This document shows positions 48,334-58,249 of a stretch of 64,000 bases of DNA, one piece after another. The DNA is from Methanothrix sp. (GTDB lineage: Archaea; Halobacteriota; Methanosarcinia; Methanotrichales; Methanotrichaceae): assembly GCA_963682135.1 (NCBI GenBank), contig OY821645.1:448001-512000 (forward strand), in the 5' to 3' direction. Position 1 is the first letter of the stretch. Every line of letters begins with the position of its first letter. Position numbers and translations under genes: made by a program. Under the pieces are notes generated by a model. It was not told where the DNA came from. It saw only the letters and a program-made list of their open reading frames with translations, and did no database searches.

Positions 48334-49848
48334 ATGCCGGCCACCTTAACCTATCCCGGTGTGTACATAGAGGAAGTTCCCAGCGGTGTGCGAACCATCG
48401 TTGGCGCAGCAACCTCAATCACAGCGTTTATCGGTCGCGCCCCGCGTGGTCCCGTAAACGATGCAGTGACCATTAACAGCTTCGGGGATTTCGAGCGCAT
48501 CTTTGGAGGGCTTAATGCTGATTATTCTCTGAGCTATGCTGTGAGGGACTTTTACCTCAATGCAGGCAGCCAGGCGATAATCGTGCGGCTATTCAAACCT
48601 AAGGAAGGCGATGGAGTTGCTTCTTTAGATATTTCGATAAAATTGAAAGCTGCCAATCCTGGTTCTTGGGGCAATAATTTGGAAATTAAAGTAGACCATG
48701 ATGTGGCCGAAGGAGTGGCAGAAAAATATGGGCTGGTTAAAACCGACTTATTCAATCTGACTGTTAATGATAAGGCCACAGGTGCTATCGAGGAATTCCG
48801 CAATCTTACTGTTAAAAATAGCCCTCGCAGAGTTGATCTGGTATTGGAGAACGAGTCCAAGCTCGTGCGGATTGAAGCAGGGAGCCTACCAGAAGTAATT
48901 CCTGATGAAATCAAACAAAAAAAGCTGGCGAACGGTATTGACAGCGAGCCATTGGGTACGTTGGATTACAAGGCCAATGAGGCAGAAAAGAAGGGGATCT
49001 ATGCCCTGGAAAAGGCAGACATCTTCAATTTGCTCTGTATCCCTCCTGATATAATAGATAGCGATACGGCTGCAGATGTATACGCAAGTGCCGCAATATA
49101 CTGCGAGAAGCGGCGAGCTATGTTGATTGTAGACCCGCCAAGCGGCTGGACTAGCAAGGATAAGGCTAAAGATGGTGTCGCCAGTGTTGGAACGAATAGC
49201 AAGAATGCAGCTCTCTTCTTCCCCCGGCTTCGGCAGCCCAATCCATTACGAGGAAACCAGATGGAATCTTTTGTTCCATGTGGAGCTGTAGCCGGAGTCA
49301 TCGCCCGGACGGATACTCAGCGCGGTATCTGGAAGGCTCCTGCCGGTCTTGATGCCACTCTAGTTGGTGTTCCTCAACTGAGCGTGTCCTTGACAGATAT
49401 GGAAAATGGCGAGCTAAATCCCAAGGGGATCAATTGCCTCAGATCAATGCCGGCCGCTGGCCGCATCATATGGGGTGCGCGTACCTTGCAGGGAGACGAT
49501 CGTTTGAGCTCGGAATGGAAGTATATCCCGGTAAGACGCGTGGCTCTCTACATAGAAGAAAGCCTTTATAGAGGCACCCAGTGGGTTGTCTTCGAGCCCA
49601 ACGATGAGCCTTTGTGGGCTCAGATCCGGTTAAACGTGGGTTCTTTCATGCATGGCTTATTCCGGCAAGGTGCTTTCCAGGGAGCTTCACCTAAGGAGGC
49701 CTACTTCGTCAAGTGCGACAAAGAAACCACCATCCAGGACGATATCAACAAAGGCATAGTTAACATTATGGTGGGATTTGCTCCGCTCAAGCCTGCAGAG
49801 TTTGTGGTAATTAAGATCCAGCAGATGGCTGGAGAGATCCAGACCTAA
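48334..49848 (+). CDS. Contractile tail sheath protein
   Basis: YPGVYIEE, GIWKAPAG, WGARTL, WKYIPVRR, VFEPND, PLKPAEFV. Confidence 0.95.
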   Translation: MPATLTYPGVYIEEVPSGVRTIVGAATSITAFIGRAPRGPVNDAVTINSFGDFERIFGGLNADYSLSYAVRDFYLNAGSQAIIVRLFKPKEGDGVASLDISIKLKAANPGSWGNNLEIKVDHDVAEGVAEKYGLVKTDLFNLTVNDKATGAIEEFRNLTVKNSPRRVDLVLENESKLVRIEAGSLPEVIPDEIKQKKLANGIDSEPLGTLDYKANEAEKKGIYALEKADIFNLLCIPPDIIDSDTAADVYASAAIYCEKRRAMLIVDPPSGWTSKDKAKDGVASVGTNSKNAALFFPRLRQPNPLRGNQMESFVPCGAVAGVIARTDTQRGIWKAPAGLDATLVGVPQLSVSLTDMENGELNPKGINCLRSMPAAGRIIWGARTLQGDDRLSSEWKYIPVRRVALYIEESLYRGTQWVVFEPNDEPLWAQIRLNVGSFMHGLFRQGAFQGASPKEAYFVKCDKETTIQDDINKGIVNIMVGFAPLKPAEFVVIKIQQMAGEIQT

Positions 49849-49861
49849 GAGGTGATCATGT

Positions 49862-50374
49862 ATGGCTAGTTTTAGTGTTAATGCAACCCGTTTTGATCCT
49901 TACAAGAGCTTCAAGTTCAGAGTCAAGTGGGATGGCCGGTATGTGGCTGGCGTCAGCAAAGTCAGTGCTCTCAGCCGGACTACGGAAGTGGTCGAGCATC
50001 GTGAAGGGGGCGATCCCAGCAGCACCCGTAAATCTCCAGGGCAGACCAAATACGAGGCTATAACTCTGGAACGAGGAGTAACCCACGATCCGGATTTCGA
50101 AGCGTGGGCCAACAAGGTATGGAGCTACGGGGCCGGCCTGGGTGCAGAGGTCTCTCTCAAGGATTTTCGTAAAGATATCACTATCGAGGTCTATAATGAG
50201 GCGGGGCAGCTCGCGATTGCCTATAACGTCTACCGGTGCTGGGTTTCCGAGTATAAAGCGCTGCCGGATCTCGATGCCAAGAGCAATGAAATTGCCATCC
50301 AGACCCTAAAGCTGGAGAATGAGGGTTGGCTTCGGGATGAGGGCGTAGCCGAACCGTCCGAGCCGTCTTTGTAA
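49862..50374 (+). CDS. Tail tube protein (T4 gp19-like)
   Basis: DPYKSFKF, HREGG, PGQTKYEAITLERG, LDAKSNEIAI. Confidence 0.93.
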   Translation: MASFSVNATRFDPYKSFKFRVKWDGRYVAGVSKVSALSRTTEVVEHREGGDPSSTRKSPGQTKYEAITLERGVTHDPDFEAWANKVWSYGAGLGAEVSLKDFRKDITIEVYNEAGQLAIAYNVYRCWVSEYKALPDLDAKSNEIAIQTLKLENEGWLRDEGVAEPSEPSL

Positions 50375-50381
50375 GTGAGAG

Positions 50382-51128
50382 ATGCAAACACTATCGCCTC
50401 AAGAACTGCTAAGCATTTGGGAGCAGGGGACGATCTGGCCGGCAGCACTCCGCGCACTTAAGCTGCTGGCCTTTGCATTTCCAAAGAGATCTCAGGAAGA
50501 TCTGGAGAGGATATGCATTGGACAGCGTGACGCCCTTCTGCTCAGGCTTCGTGAGGAGACCTTTGGGTCGCGACTTGTCTGCCTGGCAGAGTGTCCTGGC
50601 TGCAATGAGCGCATGGAGGTGACATTTAGTGTGCAAGACATTTTGGTCGATCCCGCAATTAAAACGGGAGAGGCTTTGTCGATTGCAGTTTCCGGCTACG
50701 AGGTTCAGTATCGTCTTGTATGCAGCCAAGACCTCATCGCCATTGCAGGAATTGAGGATCAGATTTTGGCCCGCAGTGTCCTGTTGGATCGGTGCATCCT
50801 GGCAGTTCGTCATAATAATAAAAATATTTCGGAATATCTTTCTGTAGAAGAGCTGCCCCTCGATGTGCTTAACGCCGTGGTAGATGGGATGGAGCAGGCT
50901 GACCCTCAAGCCGATGTTCAACTATCTCTCACCTGTTCTTCTTGCGGCCATGAGTGGCAGGTCAGTTTTGACATAGTCTCGTTCTTCTGGAGCGAGATCG
51001 ATAACTGGGCCCATCGCATCTTGCGTGAGGTTCATGCTCTGGCGAGAGCCTACGGCTGGAGTGAATCCAATATCCTGGAAATGAGCCCTCTACGGCGTCA
51101 AATTTACCTGGAGATGGCATCCGAATGA
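50382..51128 (+). CDS. eCIS-associated T4 baseplate/assembly chaperone-like protein
   Basis: CPGC and CSSC pairs, ADPQAD, EVHALARAYGWSE.IL.MS..RR. Confidence 0.75.
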   Translation: MQTLSPQELLSIWEQGTIWPAALRALKLLAFAFPKRSQEDLERICIGQRDALLLRLREETFGSRLVCLAECPGCNERMEVTFSVQDILVDPAIKTGEALSIAVSGYEVQYRLVCSQDLIAIAGIEDQILARSVLLDRCILAVRHNNKNISEYLSVEELPLDVLNAVVDGMEQADPQADVQLSLTCSSCGHEWQVSFDIVSFFWSEIDNWAHRILREVHALARAYGWSESNILEMSPLRRQIYLEMASE

Positions 51129-52867
51129 ACGATTACCTGAGCCGCTTAGTGGCCAAGAACCTCAATTCGGCGCAGCTGATTCAACCCAGGTTGAGGTTTA
51201 GATTTGAGCCGCCATCTTTGAGCGGCGAGATGGTGTACGGTTCTGATAGTTTGGGCGGCAGCATTGTATCCAGTTCCATAGAGTCTGATGCCGATGCCCC
51301 TACTCCCGGATCATCGAATTCATCTCTTGAGATTTCGAAAGAGCCATCACTCGGCGTGGCGACGTCTGAATCGATTTCGCTAAATTCTGGGAAAGTTGCA
51401 GATAGGGCCGAGCCGGAAATTCAGGTCAGTCAACCTCAGCCGATCGGTCGGAATTCAGATCGTCAGATCCGATCAAGTCCGGATGCCGTGCCCTCTCCTT
51501 CGCTTCCTGGGAGAGCGGATAGAGTTTTAAAGAGGATCGATCTGGAAACTCATGTCAGCCAATCTCGCCCGATCGGTCGAATTCCTGATCATCAGATTCA
51601 ATCAAGTCCGGATGCTGTGCCCTCTCCTCCGCTTCCTGGGAGAGCGGATAGAGTTTTAAAGAGGATCGAGCCGGAAATTCAGGTCAGTCAACCTCAGCCG
51701 ATCGGTCGAAGTCCGGATTATCAGATCCAATCAATTCCTGATGCTGTGCCCTCTCTTCCCCATCCTGGTAGAGCGGATAGAGTTGCAAAGAGGGCAGAAA
51801 TGGGGCCTCTGATCGACCAACCTCAGCCTATTGGTGGAAGTTCCGATCGTCAGATCCAATCAAGTCCGGATGCTGTGCCCTCTCCTTCGCATCCTGGTAG
51901 AGCGGATAGAGTTGTGAAGAGGGCCGAAATGGGGCCTCTGATCGACCAACCTCAGCCTATTGGTGGAAGTTCCGATCGTCAGATCCAATCAAGTCCGGAT
52001 GCCGTGCCCTCTCCTCCGCTTCTTGGTAGAGCTGATAGAGTTTTAAAGAGGATCGAGCTGGAAACTCAGGTCAGCCAATCTCGCCCGATCGGTCGAAGTT
52101 CCGATCGTCAGATCCAATCAAGTCCGGATGCCGTGCCCTCTCCTTCGCATCCTGGTAGAGCGGATAGAGTTGTAAAGAGGGCCGAAATGGGGTCTCTGAT
52201 CGACCAATCTCAGCCGATTGGTCGAAGTCCGAATCGTCAGATCCAATCAAGTCCGGATGCCGTGCCCTCTCCTCCGCTTCCTGGTAGAGCGGATAGAGTT
52301 GTAAAGAGGATCGAGCTGGAAACTCATGTCAGCCAATCTCGCCCGATCGGTCGAAGTTCCGATCGTCAGATCCAATCAAGTCCGGATACTATGCTCTCTC
52401 CCCCGCTTCCTGGGATAGCGAATAGGCCGGGGGAGAGGGCCATGACGGGAAAACGAGGAAACCTGAAAATTGCAGCTTTTCCAGCAGCGGACCGGAGTTC
52501 GCACAGAAACGCTGTGCGCTTATCTTATGATGACGATGGGCTCATGCAATCGATAGTATCCATTCAGAATGCATTGTCCCCAAAGTCAACGCAACGCCCA
52601 GCCAAAACCGATCGCCGAAAAGATCTTGATGCGACTGTAGAGCCAATATTTGCCGAGCAAAAAGAGATCTGGTTCATGGATCGAAGGAAGGATGCATTCA
52701 GAGAGAAGTCATCATCGGGATCCAATTCATCGATCAAAGTGAATATCGGACGGGTTGAGGTGCGTGCTACAGCATCAGCATCAACCCCGCCGCCTCCGCC
52801 CCAAAAGGCTGTCTCAACATCGAGATCGGGTCTCTCTCTGGATGATTATCTCAAGCGTCGAAGGTGA
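51125..52867 (+). CDS. eCIS-associated low-complexity protein with 43-aa tandem repeats
   Basis: Conserved-looking termini (MNDYLSRL...PR; IKVNIGRVEVRA...SLDDYL) around the repeats. Confidence 0.8.
   Translation: MNDYLSRLVAKNLNSAQLIQPRLRFRFEPPSLSGEMVYGSDSLGGSIVSSSIESDADAPTPGSSNSSLEISKEPSLGVATSESISLNSGKVADRAEPEIQVSQPQPIGRNSDRQIRSSPDAVPSPSLPGRADRVLKRIDLETHVSQSRPIGRIPDHQIQSSPDAVPSPPLPGRADRVLKRIEPEIQVSQPQPIGRSPDYQIQSIPDAVPSLPHPGRADRVAKRAEMGPLIDQPQPIGGSSDRQIQSSPDAVPSPSHPGRADRVVKRAEMGPLIDQPQPIGGSSDRQIQSSPDAVPSPPLLGRADRVLKRIELETQVSQSRPIGRSSDRQIQSSPDAVPSPSHPGRADRVVKRAEMGSLIDQSQPIGRSPNRQIQSSPDAVPSPPLPGRADRVVKRIELETHVSQSRPIGRSSDRQIQSSPDTMLSPPLPGIANRPGERAMTGKRGNLKIAAFPAADRSSHRNAVRLSYDDDGLMQSIVSIQNALSPKSTQRPAKTDRRKDLDATVEPIFAEQKEIWFMDRRKDAFREKSSSGSNSSIKVNIGRVEVRATASASTPPPPPQKAVSTSRSGLSLDDYLKRRR
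51400..52430 (+). repeat. About 8 copies of a 129-bp in-frame tandem repeat
   Basis: Units start near 51425, 51554, 51683, 51812, 51941, 52070, 52199, 52328 (QPIGR..D.QIQSSPDAVPSP..PGRADRV.KR). Confidence 0.95.
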
Positions 52868-52872
52868 TGATC

Positions 52873-54087
52873 ATGAGCAACTTCTTGGCAATTGCCACAG
52901 TTACCGAAGCTCTTAGACAACTTCTCGACGAGGCGGTCAAAGAAGACGTCTCCGGAGCTATAGCTACAGCGGTGCGGCCTGCCGGCAACGGAAATGAGCT
53001 GGCGCAGGTGGGTGTCAACGTCTACCTCTATCAGGCCAGCCCCAATACCTCATGGCGCAACGATGATCTTCCCAGCCGGCGCGAGGATGGAACCGCGATT
53101 CAACGTCCCAGAGCGGCCCTGGATCTGCACTATCTTTTAACCTTTTACGGTGACGAAAAAAGGCTTGAGCCTCAGAGGGTGATGGGAAGCGTTGTCCGGA
53201 CTCTGCATACGCAACCGATCTTATCGCGCCAGCAGATTCAGAAGGCGGTCCAGAGCGTCGATTATCTGGGAGATTCCGACCTGGGGGAAGCGATGGAACA
53301 GGTCAAGTTCACGCCTGTGCCCCTCTCGGTCGAAGAGCTTAACAACCTTTGGTCCGGATTCTTTCAGACGTCTTATGCTCTTTCTGTGGCTTATCAGGGG
53401 TCGGTGATCTTCATCGAAGGCAAAGTACAGGCCCAAAAGCCTTTGCCGGTGCGGGGCCGCAACCTGTACGCTGCCACATTCCGCCAGCCGGTCATAGAGC
53501 AGGTCATCTCCGAGGAGGGTGCCGGTCGGCCTATCGTCGCGGGAACTGCTCTGGTTGTTCGGGGCAGGAATCTCCTGGGCGATGTGACAACTGTGGCCAT
53601 AGAGGGCGAAGAGATCGCACCATCTGATATCCTGGAACTTCATGATCAAGAGATCAAATTCCGTTTGCCGTCGTCTCTCCGGCGGGCTGGGGTGCTGGGC
53701 TTGCAGGTGATCCACAAAAGGATGATGGGATCGCCCCCAACGCCTCATCAGGGGGATGAATCTAACCTGGCCGCTTTTGTGCTGCGCCCTACGATCTCGG
53801 TTGATGAGGCTGGGAAGGTGGTGCATATAAGTCCTGCCATCGGGAAGGATCAGCGTTTGCTCTTGCATATGAACGAAATACCTCCCGGCGCTTCGCAAAC
53901 TTTGCCTTTGAGGGCGCGCTCTTTCCTTATCCCGTCGAGGAAGGCGGCAATTTGGGAAATCCCTATACCGGCTGATGATTTGGAAACGGGAGATTATCTG
54001 GTGCGAGTGGAGGCGGACGGCGCAGAGAGCGTTCTTTATGCCGATGAGGCCGGAAACTACATCGGACCGAAGGTGAGTATTGCATGA
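52873..54087 (+). CDS. DUF4255 (Pvc16/Afp16-like cap/tail terminator) with IPT-like C-terminal domain
   Basis: MSNFLAIATVT..L, VNVYLYQ..PN..WRN, LDLHYLLT, LSVAYQ. Confidence 0.88.
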   Translation: MSNFLAIATVTEALRQLLDEAVKEDVSGAIATAVRPAGNGNELAQVGVNVYLYQASPNTSWRNDDLPSRREDGTAIQRPRAALDLHYLLTFYGDEKRLEPQRVMGSVVRTLHTQPILSRQQIQKAVQSVDYLGDSDLGEAMEQVKFTPVPLSVEELNNLWSGFFQTSYALSVAYQGSVIFIEGKVQAQKPLPVRGRNLYAATFRQPVIEQVISEEGAGRPIVAGTALVVRGRNLLGDVTTVAIEGEEIAPSDILELHDQEIKFRLPSSLRRAGVLGLQVIHKRMMGSPPTPHQGDESNLAAFVLRPTISVDEAGKVVHISPAIGKDQRLLLHMNEIPPGASQTLPLRARSFLIPSRKAAIWEIPIPADDLETGDYLVRVEADGAESVLYADEAGNYIGPKVSIA

Positions 54088-56054
54088 GTTCTATGCAGGA
54101 CTGGCAGGAGGCAAATCAGAGGTATCTGATGGCCGAGCTTGCCGTCCTGCAGAGGCGGCTGGAAGGCTACATTGCCGAACTAGGAGATGAAACGCAGGAT
54201 TTAGAGGTGAAGGAGAGGGAGACGGAAAGTGAGACGGCCCCCATCTCTTTTGAAAAAAGTGCTCTGGATTCTATCGGTCAAATCTTTAGCCTCACCTCTT
54301 TCGAGAGGGATCTGCTGCTCTTTTGTGCCGGGCCGGAGCTTGATTTTGGGTTTGCCTCGCTCTGCAGCCGGGCCGGTGGTGGGTCCTGTCTACCCACCTT
54401 TGCTCTAGCTTGCCGGGTTCTGCCCAATGTTCATTGGAGCGCTTTTACCCCTGCCGGGCCATTGAGGAGATGGCATCTGATTGAGGTGGGCAATGGAGAT
54501 GCTCTGACCTGCAGTCCCTTGCGGGTCGATGAGAGGGTGCTGCACTATCTGCTGGGAATAGACTATCCGGACGAGAGGTTGAGAGCATTTGAAACGCTTG
54601 CAGTGCCTCAAGATCTGCCCGATTCTTACAGGGATCTCGCTTGCCGGATCGAGGGGGCCATGCAGAGGTCGGACCGGCCTGCTGTCCAGCTTTTGGGCAC
54701 TGATTCACAGGCAAAGCTGGATGTTGCCGCCTTCGCTTGCGCACAGCTCGGCCTTCGGCTTTATGCCATCAGTTCTGAGGATATACCGCTTGTTTTAGGG
54801 GATCGAGAGAAGCTCGCCTGGCTCTGGGAGCGGGAGGCGTTCTTGAGCGGCGCCGTCTTGCTGGTGGATTGCGAAGAGCTGGAAGGAAGGGAGAGGACGC
54901 ATGCCGTCCTTTCGCTGGTGGAGGGACTTCGCAGCCAGGTTCTGATTGCGGCCCTTCAGCCTCTTCGCCTCAAGAGGCGGGCCGGTCTCAGTCTGGAGGT
55001 GGCAAGGCCCAGGCCCGCAGAGAGGCAGATGATCTGGCAGAAGGCGCTCGGGCCTTTGGCGGATGGGCTGGACGGCCAGCTGGAGGTACTGGTGGATCAG
55101 TTCGATCTGGGCCAGAGGGAGATTCGGGCCGCCAGTGCGCAGGCTGCGATCTTGGGAAAGGACGCGGATCTTGGCGATCCCGGAAATCTTGATGGTCTTG
55201 GTGATCGGCTCTGGGATGCCTGTCGCATCCAGGCCCGGCCCCGCCTGGAAGAGCTGGCCCAGAGGATTGAGCCTGCTGCCACCTGGGAGGATCTGGTATT
55301 GCCCGAATCCCTTCTGCAGATACTGAGGGAGATCGGAGTGCATCTTCGCCAGAGCAGCAAGGTTTACGGGTCATGGGGTTTCGGCTCCAAGGGGTCTCGG
55401 GGGCTGGGAATCAGCGCTCTCTTTGCCGGAGATAGCGGGACCGGCAAGACGATGGCAGCCGAGGTTCTGGCAAACGATCTGAAGCTGGATCTCTACCGCA
55501 TCGACCTCTCCCAGGTGGTGAGCAAGTACATCGGCGAGACCGAGAAGAACCTGCGGAAGGTATTCGATGCTGCGGATAGGGGCGGAGCAATCCTATTATT
55601 CGACGAGGCGGATGCCCTATTTGGCAAGAGGAGCGAGGTGAAGGACAGCCACGACCGTTATGCCAACATCGAGACCAGCTACCTTCTGCAGAGGATGGAG
55701 GAGTACCGGGGGCTGGCTATACTCACCACCAACATGAGAAGCGCTCTCGACCGGGCATTTTTGCGGCGCATCAGGTTTGTGGTGCAGTTTCCTTTCCCCA
55801 GCTCGGCAGAACGGGCATCGATCTGGGAGCGGGTCTTTCCCAGGGATACCCCTCAAGAGGGCCTGGACTTCGATAAGCTGGCCAGGCTGAATGTCGCCGG
55901 GGGAAACATCCGAAACATCGCCATCTATGCCGCCTTCCTGGCGGCGGATGACCGCTCAGCGGTACGGATGTCTCACCTTGTTCGGGCGGCCCGGGTGGAG
56001 TACGCCAAGCTGGAGCGGCCTCTCACGGAAGCTGATATCGGGGGTTGGGCATGA
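54084..56054 (+). CDS. eCIS AAA+ ATPase (Pvc15/Afp15-like)
   Basis: GDSGTGKT, VVSKYIGETEKNL, FDEADALFGKR...DRYAN. Confidence 0.93.
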   Translation: MSSMQDWQEANQRYLMAELAVLQRRLEGYIAELGDETQDLEVKERETESETAPISFEKSALDSIGQIFSLTSFERDLLLFCAGPELDFGFASLCSRAGGGSCLPTFALACRVLPNVHWSAFTPAGPLRRWHLIEVGNGDALTCSPLRVDERVLHYLLGIDYPDERLRAFETLAVPQDLPDSYRDLACRIEGAMQRSDRPAVQLLGTDSQAKLDVAAFACAQLGLRLYAISSEDIPLVLGDREKLAWLWEREAFLSGAVLLVDCEELEGRERTHAVLSLVEGLRSQVLIAALQPLRLKRRAGLSLEVARPRPAERQMIWQKALGPLADGLDGQLEVLVDQFDLGQREIRAASAQAAILGKDADLGDPGNLDGLGDRLWDACRIQARPRLEELAQRIEPAATWEDLVLPESLLQILREIGVHLRQSSKVYGSWGFGSKGSRGLGISALFAGDSGTGKTMAAEVLANDLKLDLYRIDLSQVVSKYIGETEKNLRKVFDAADRGGAILLFDEADALFGKRSEVKDSHDRYANIETSYLLQRMEEYRGLAILTTNMRSALDRAFLRRIRFVVQFPFPSSAERASIWERVFPRDTPQEGLDFDKLARLNVAGGNIRNIAIYAAFLAADDRSAVRMSHLVRAARVEYAKLERPLTEADIGGWA

Positions 56055-56314
56055 ACTTGCATTCTGTTGATCTTAATCTGAATATCGAGGAGCTGGTCTT
56101 GCGGGGCTTTCCCAACCGGGATCAGGACCGGATCCTGCGAGCTGTGCAGGCGGAGCTGGAGCGGCTTATCAGAGAAAAGGGCGTTCCTGCAGCTCTTTCC
56201 AGTGGCGGCGAGCTGGCCCGCCTGGACGCAGGAAGCATTGAGGCAGAACCAGGCTCCAGCCCTGAGGAAATTGGCGCCCAGGTGGCACGGTCTTTGTACG
56301 GGGGTTTTAGGTAG
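56051..56314 (+). CDS. Small eCIS-associated hypothetical protein
   Basis: LNIEELVLRGF...ELERL...GAQVARS; ATGA overlap with the ATPase stop. Confidence 0.75.
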   Translation: MNLHSVDLNLNIEELVLRGFPNRDQDRILRAVQAELERLIREKGVPAALSSGGELARLDAGSIEAEPGSSPEEIGAQVARSLYGGFR

Positions 56315-57838
56315 ATGATGACGAGAGCGAGAAAACCTGCACCAAAATCGGAAGCGTCTTTTCAGCGGCAGCATAGTCAATTCGCATCGCGCCCCTTTGC
56401 TCCAAGAGCAGAGGATCATGAGGTACCGGCGGGGGAATCGCGCGTCAGCTTCAGCATTGCCGATATCGACATATTACCCAGGGAGATTATTCAACCAAAG
56501 CTCCGGCTCGGGCCTGTTGGCGATCGATACGAGCTGGAGGCGGATAGGATGGCGCACCTGGTGGTCCAGACCATTTCGTCCTCGGATCAGGTGCAGAGAG
56601 AGTGTGGGTGCAAGGAAGACGAAGAGCTGGATAAAAAAAAGGGCGAGGAACTGAGGCGCAAGGTCGCTGGTATCGCACCCGTCGGAAACGCCGCTGTCGG
56701 GCCGGTTGTGGAATCCGCCATCCAGAGGGCTCGGTCAGGCGGAAAGCCCCTTCCGGATGGCGTCCGTCAGCCGATGGAGCGGGCCTTTGGCGCCGACTTC
56801 GGCGGGGTGAGGGTGCACACTGATGCCCAGGCTGATAGGCTCAATCGATCGGTCCAGGCGCGGGCATTCACCACCGGGCAGGACATCTTTCTCAGGCAGG
56901 GAGAGTACCGGCCCGGAAGCTTTGAGGGGCAGAGGCTGCTGGCGCACGAGCTGACGCACGTGGTGCAGCAGGGGGAAGGAAGGGGCCAATCTGCAACAGA
57001 AGTGGTGGGACTACCAGTCGATGATAGCTCTACATTTGAAAAAGATATAGGCATGAAGGACGTCACAACTCAAAAGAATCATTCAGAAGGTTATGCTCAA
57101 TCGAAATTTATGAATCATCGAGTAATTAAGCATAATAAGAATGATTCTTTTCATAAACAATCAGACAATATTATTCAAATGAAGCGACCATCTGAAGGAG
57201 TCTGGCATCCTGATACAGAAGAAATTTATGTTGCACGTGGTGGAAAAAACGATATTTATAATGGCGGTCGCCCATGCCATTTTTCAACTGCAGTAAAAGA
57301 AAAATTATTAAAATATTGGAGTGCTCCTAGATTTAATTGGGTAAAACGTATAGACAATCGATGGATAGTTGAAACACCTCGAACTCATTATTTCTTGCCT
57401 CCTGAAGCAATTCAAATAGATCATCTTACTCCTTGGGCTACATATGAAAATGATCTAACCAAAGATGTGGACACTAATCGAACGGATATACCTAAAGATG
57501 CCAAAACAAACGGAAAATTTTCTGTCTGGGGTGCGAGGATGTACTATCATGATGCAGAAAATTTAGTCCCAGAAGTACCATCTTTGAATGCTGGAAAGGG
57601 TGCACAGCTTACAGAAGGAGTCACTTACTCAGGATCGGTTTCTGAAAAAAGTAGCAAATTGTTAGGAAACATTTCACGAGTTGCTTTTTCGTTATCAGAA
57701 TGGCAAAGTATTTGGACTCGTTTAGATCAAGAAGGCAAAATGGATAAAACTGCCATTGGTGAAATTGACATTAAATTGCAGACTATTTATGATTCCATTT
57801 TAGATTTAAAAAATTTTACGGAAGAATTAAACATTTAA
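56315..57838 (+). CDS. DUF4157 (eCIS core) protein with putative C-terminal HNH/EndoVII-like nuclease toxin
   Basis: FGADFGGVRVH, ARAFTTG, LLAHELTHVVQQ; tip has IDH..P...ENLVPE.PS.N..KG. Confidence 0.85.
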   Translation: MMTRARKPAPKSEASFQRQHSQFASRPFAPRAEDHEVPAGESRVSFSIADIDILPREIIQPKLRLGPVGDRYELEADRMAHLVVQTISSSDQVQRECGCKEDEELDKKKGEELRRKVAGIAPVGNAAVGPVVESAIQRARSGGKPLPDGVRQPMERAFGADFGGVRVHTDAQADRLNRSVQARAFTTGQDIFLRQGEYRPGSFEGQRLLAHELTHVVQQGEGRGQSATEVVGLPVDDSSTFEKDIGMKDVTTQKNHSEGYAQSKFMNHRVIKHNKNDSFHKQSDNIIQMKRPSEGVWHPDTEEIYVARGGKNDIYNGGRPCHFSTAVKEKLLKYWSAPRFNWVKRIDNRWIVETPRTHYFLPPEAIQIDHLTPWATYENDLTKDVDTNRTDIPKDAKTNGKFSVWGARMYYHDAENLVPEVPSLNAGKGAQLTEGVTYSGSVSEKSSKLLGNISRVAFSLSEWQSIWTRLDQEGKMDKTAIGEIDIKLQTIYDSILDLKNFTEELNI

Positions 57839-57879
57839 TTGGAACTTATCATGAATATTACCGATACAATCATCGCAAA

Positions 57880-58110
57880 TTCACCATCAACGGCGTTGAT
57901 GTCTTCAATCATCTTGCGGCCTGACCATCTTTCGATACAATCCCTGGGTCCTGATCCTGAGGCTCAACCCTATTTTACCTGTTAGAGGCAAATGGTGCAA
58001 CACGCTTCAAAGTGCGTTCCCGTAGAAACGATCGACCTGGAGGTGAAAATAGAGGCAATCGACCAACTAAAGAACGCGAACGAAATGAGCATCCATCCTT
58101 TGTCCTAAAA
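57880..58110 (+). pseudogene. Frameshifted remnant paralogous to the 5' part of 58250..58894
   Basis: LTIFRYNP and PVETIDLEVKIEAIDQL vs VTVFQYNP and PVETIDVEIEIDASDQL. Confidence 0.75.
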
Positions 58111-58249
58111 AGAATCCCACCTAAAACAATTTTCTAATTTATAATTCCATCTAACTTTCTTACCATTTGACCATCAAATCCATGCAAAGTAGGAGACCCG
58201 ACATGATCGCCAAAGACTCATCCAACCCCCACAGAGGAGCCCTCCAGCC

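Noticed and set aside
51400-52430. CRISPR array
   Set aside because: 129-bp units are contiguous and in frame, with no unique spacers and no cas genes; it is a coding repeat.
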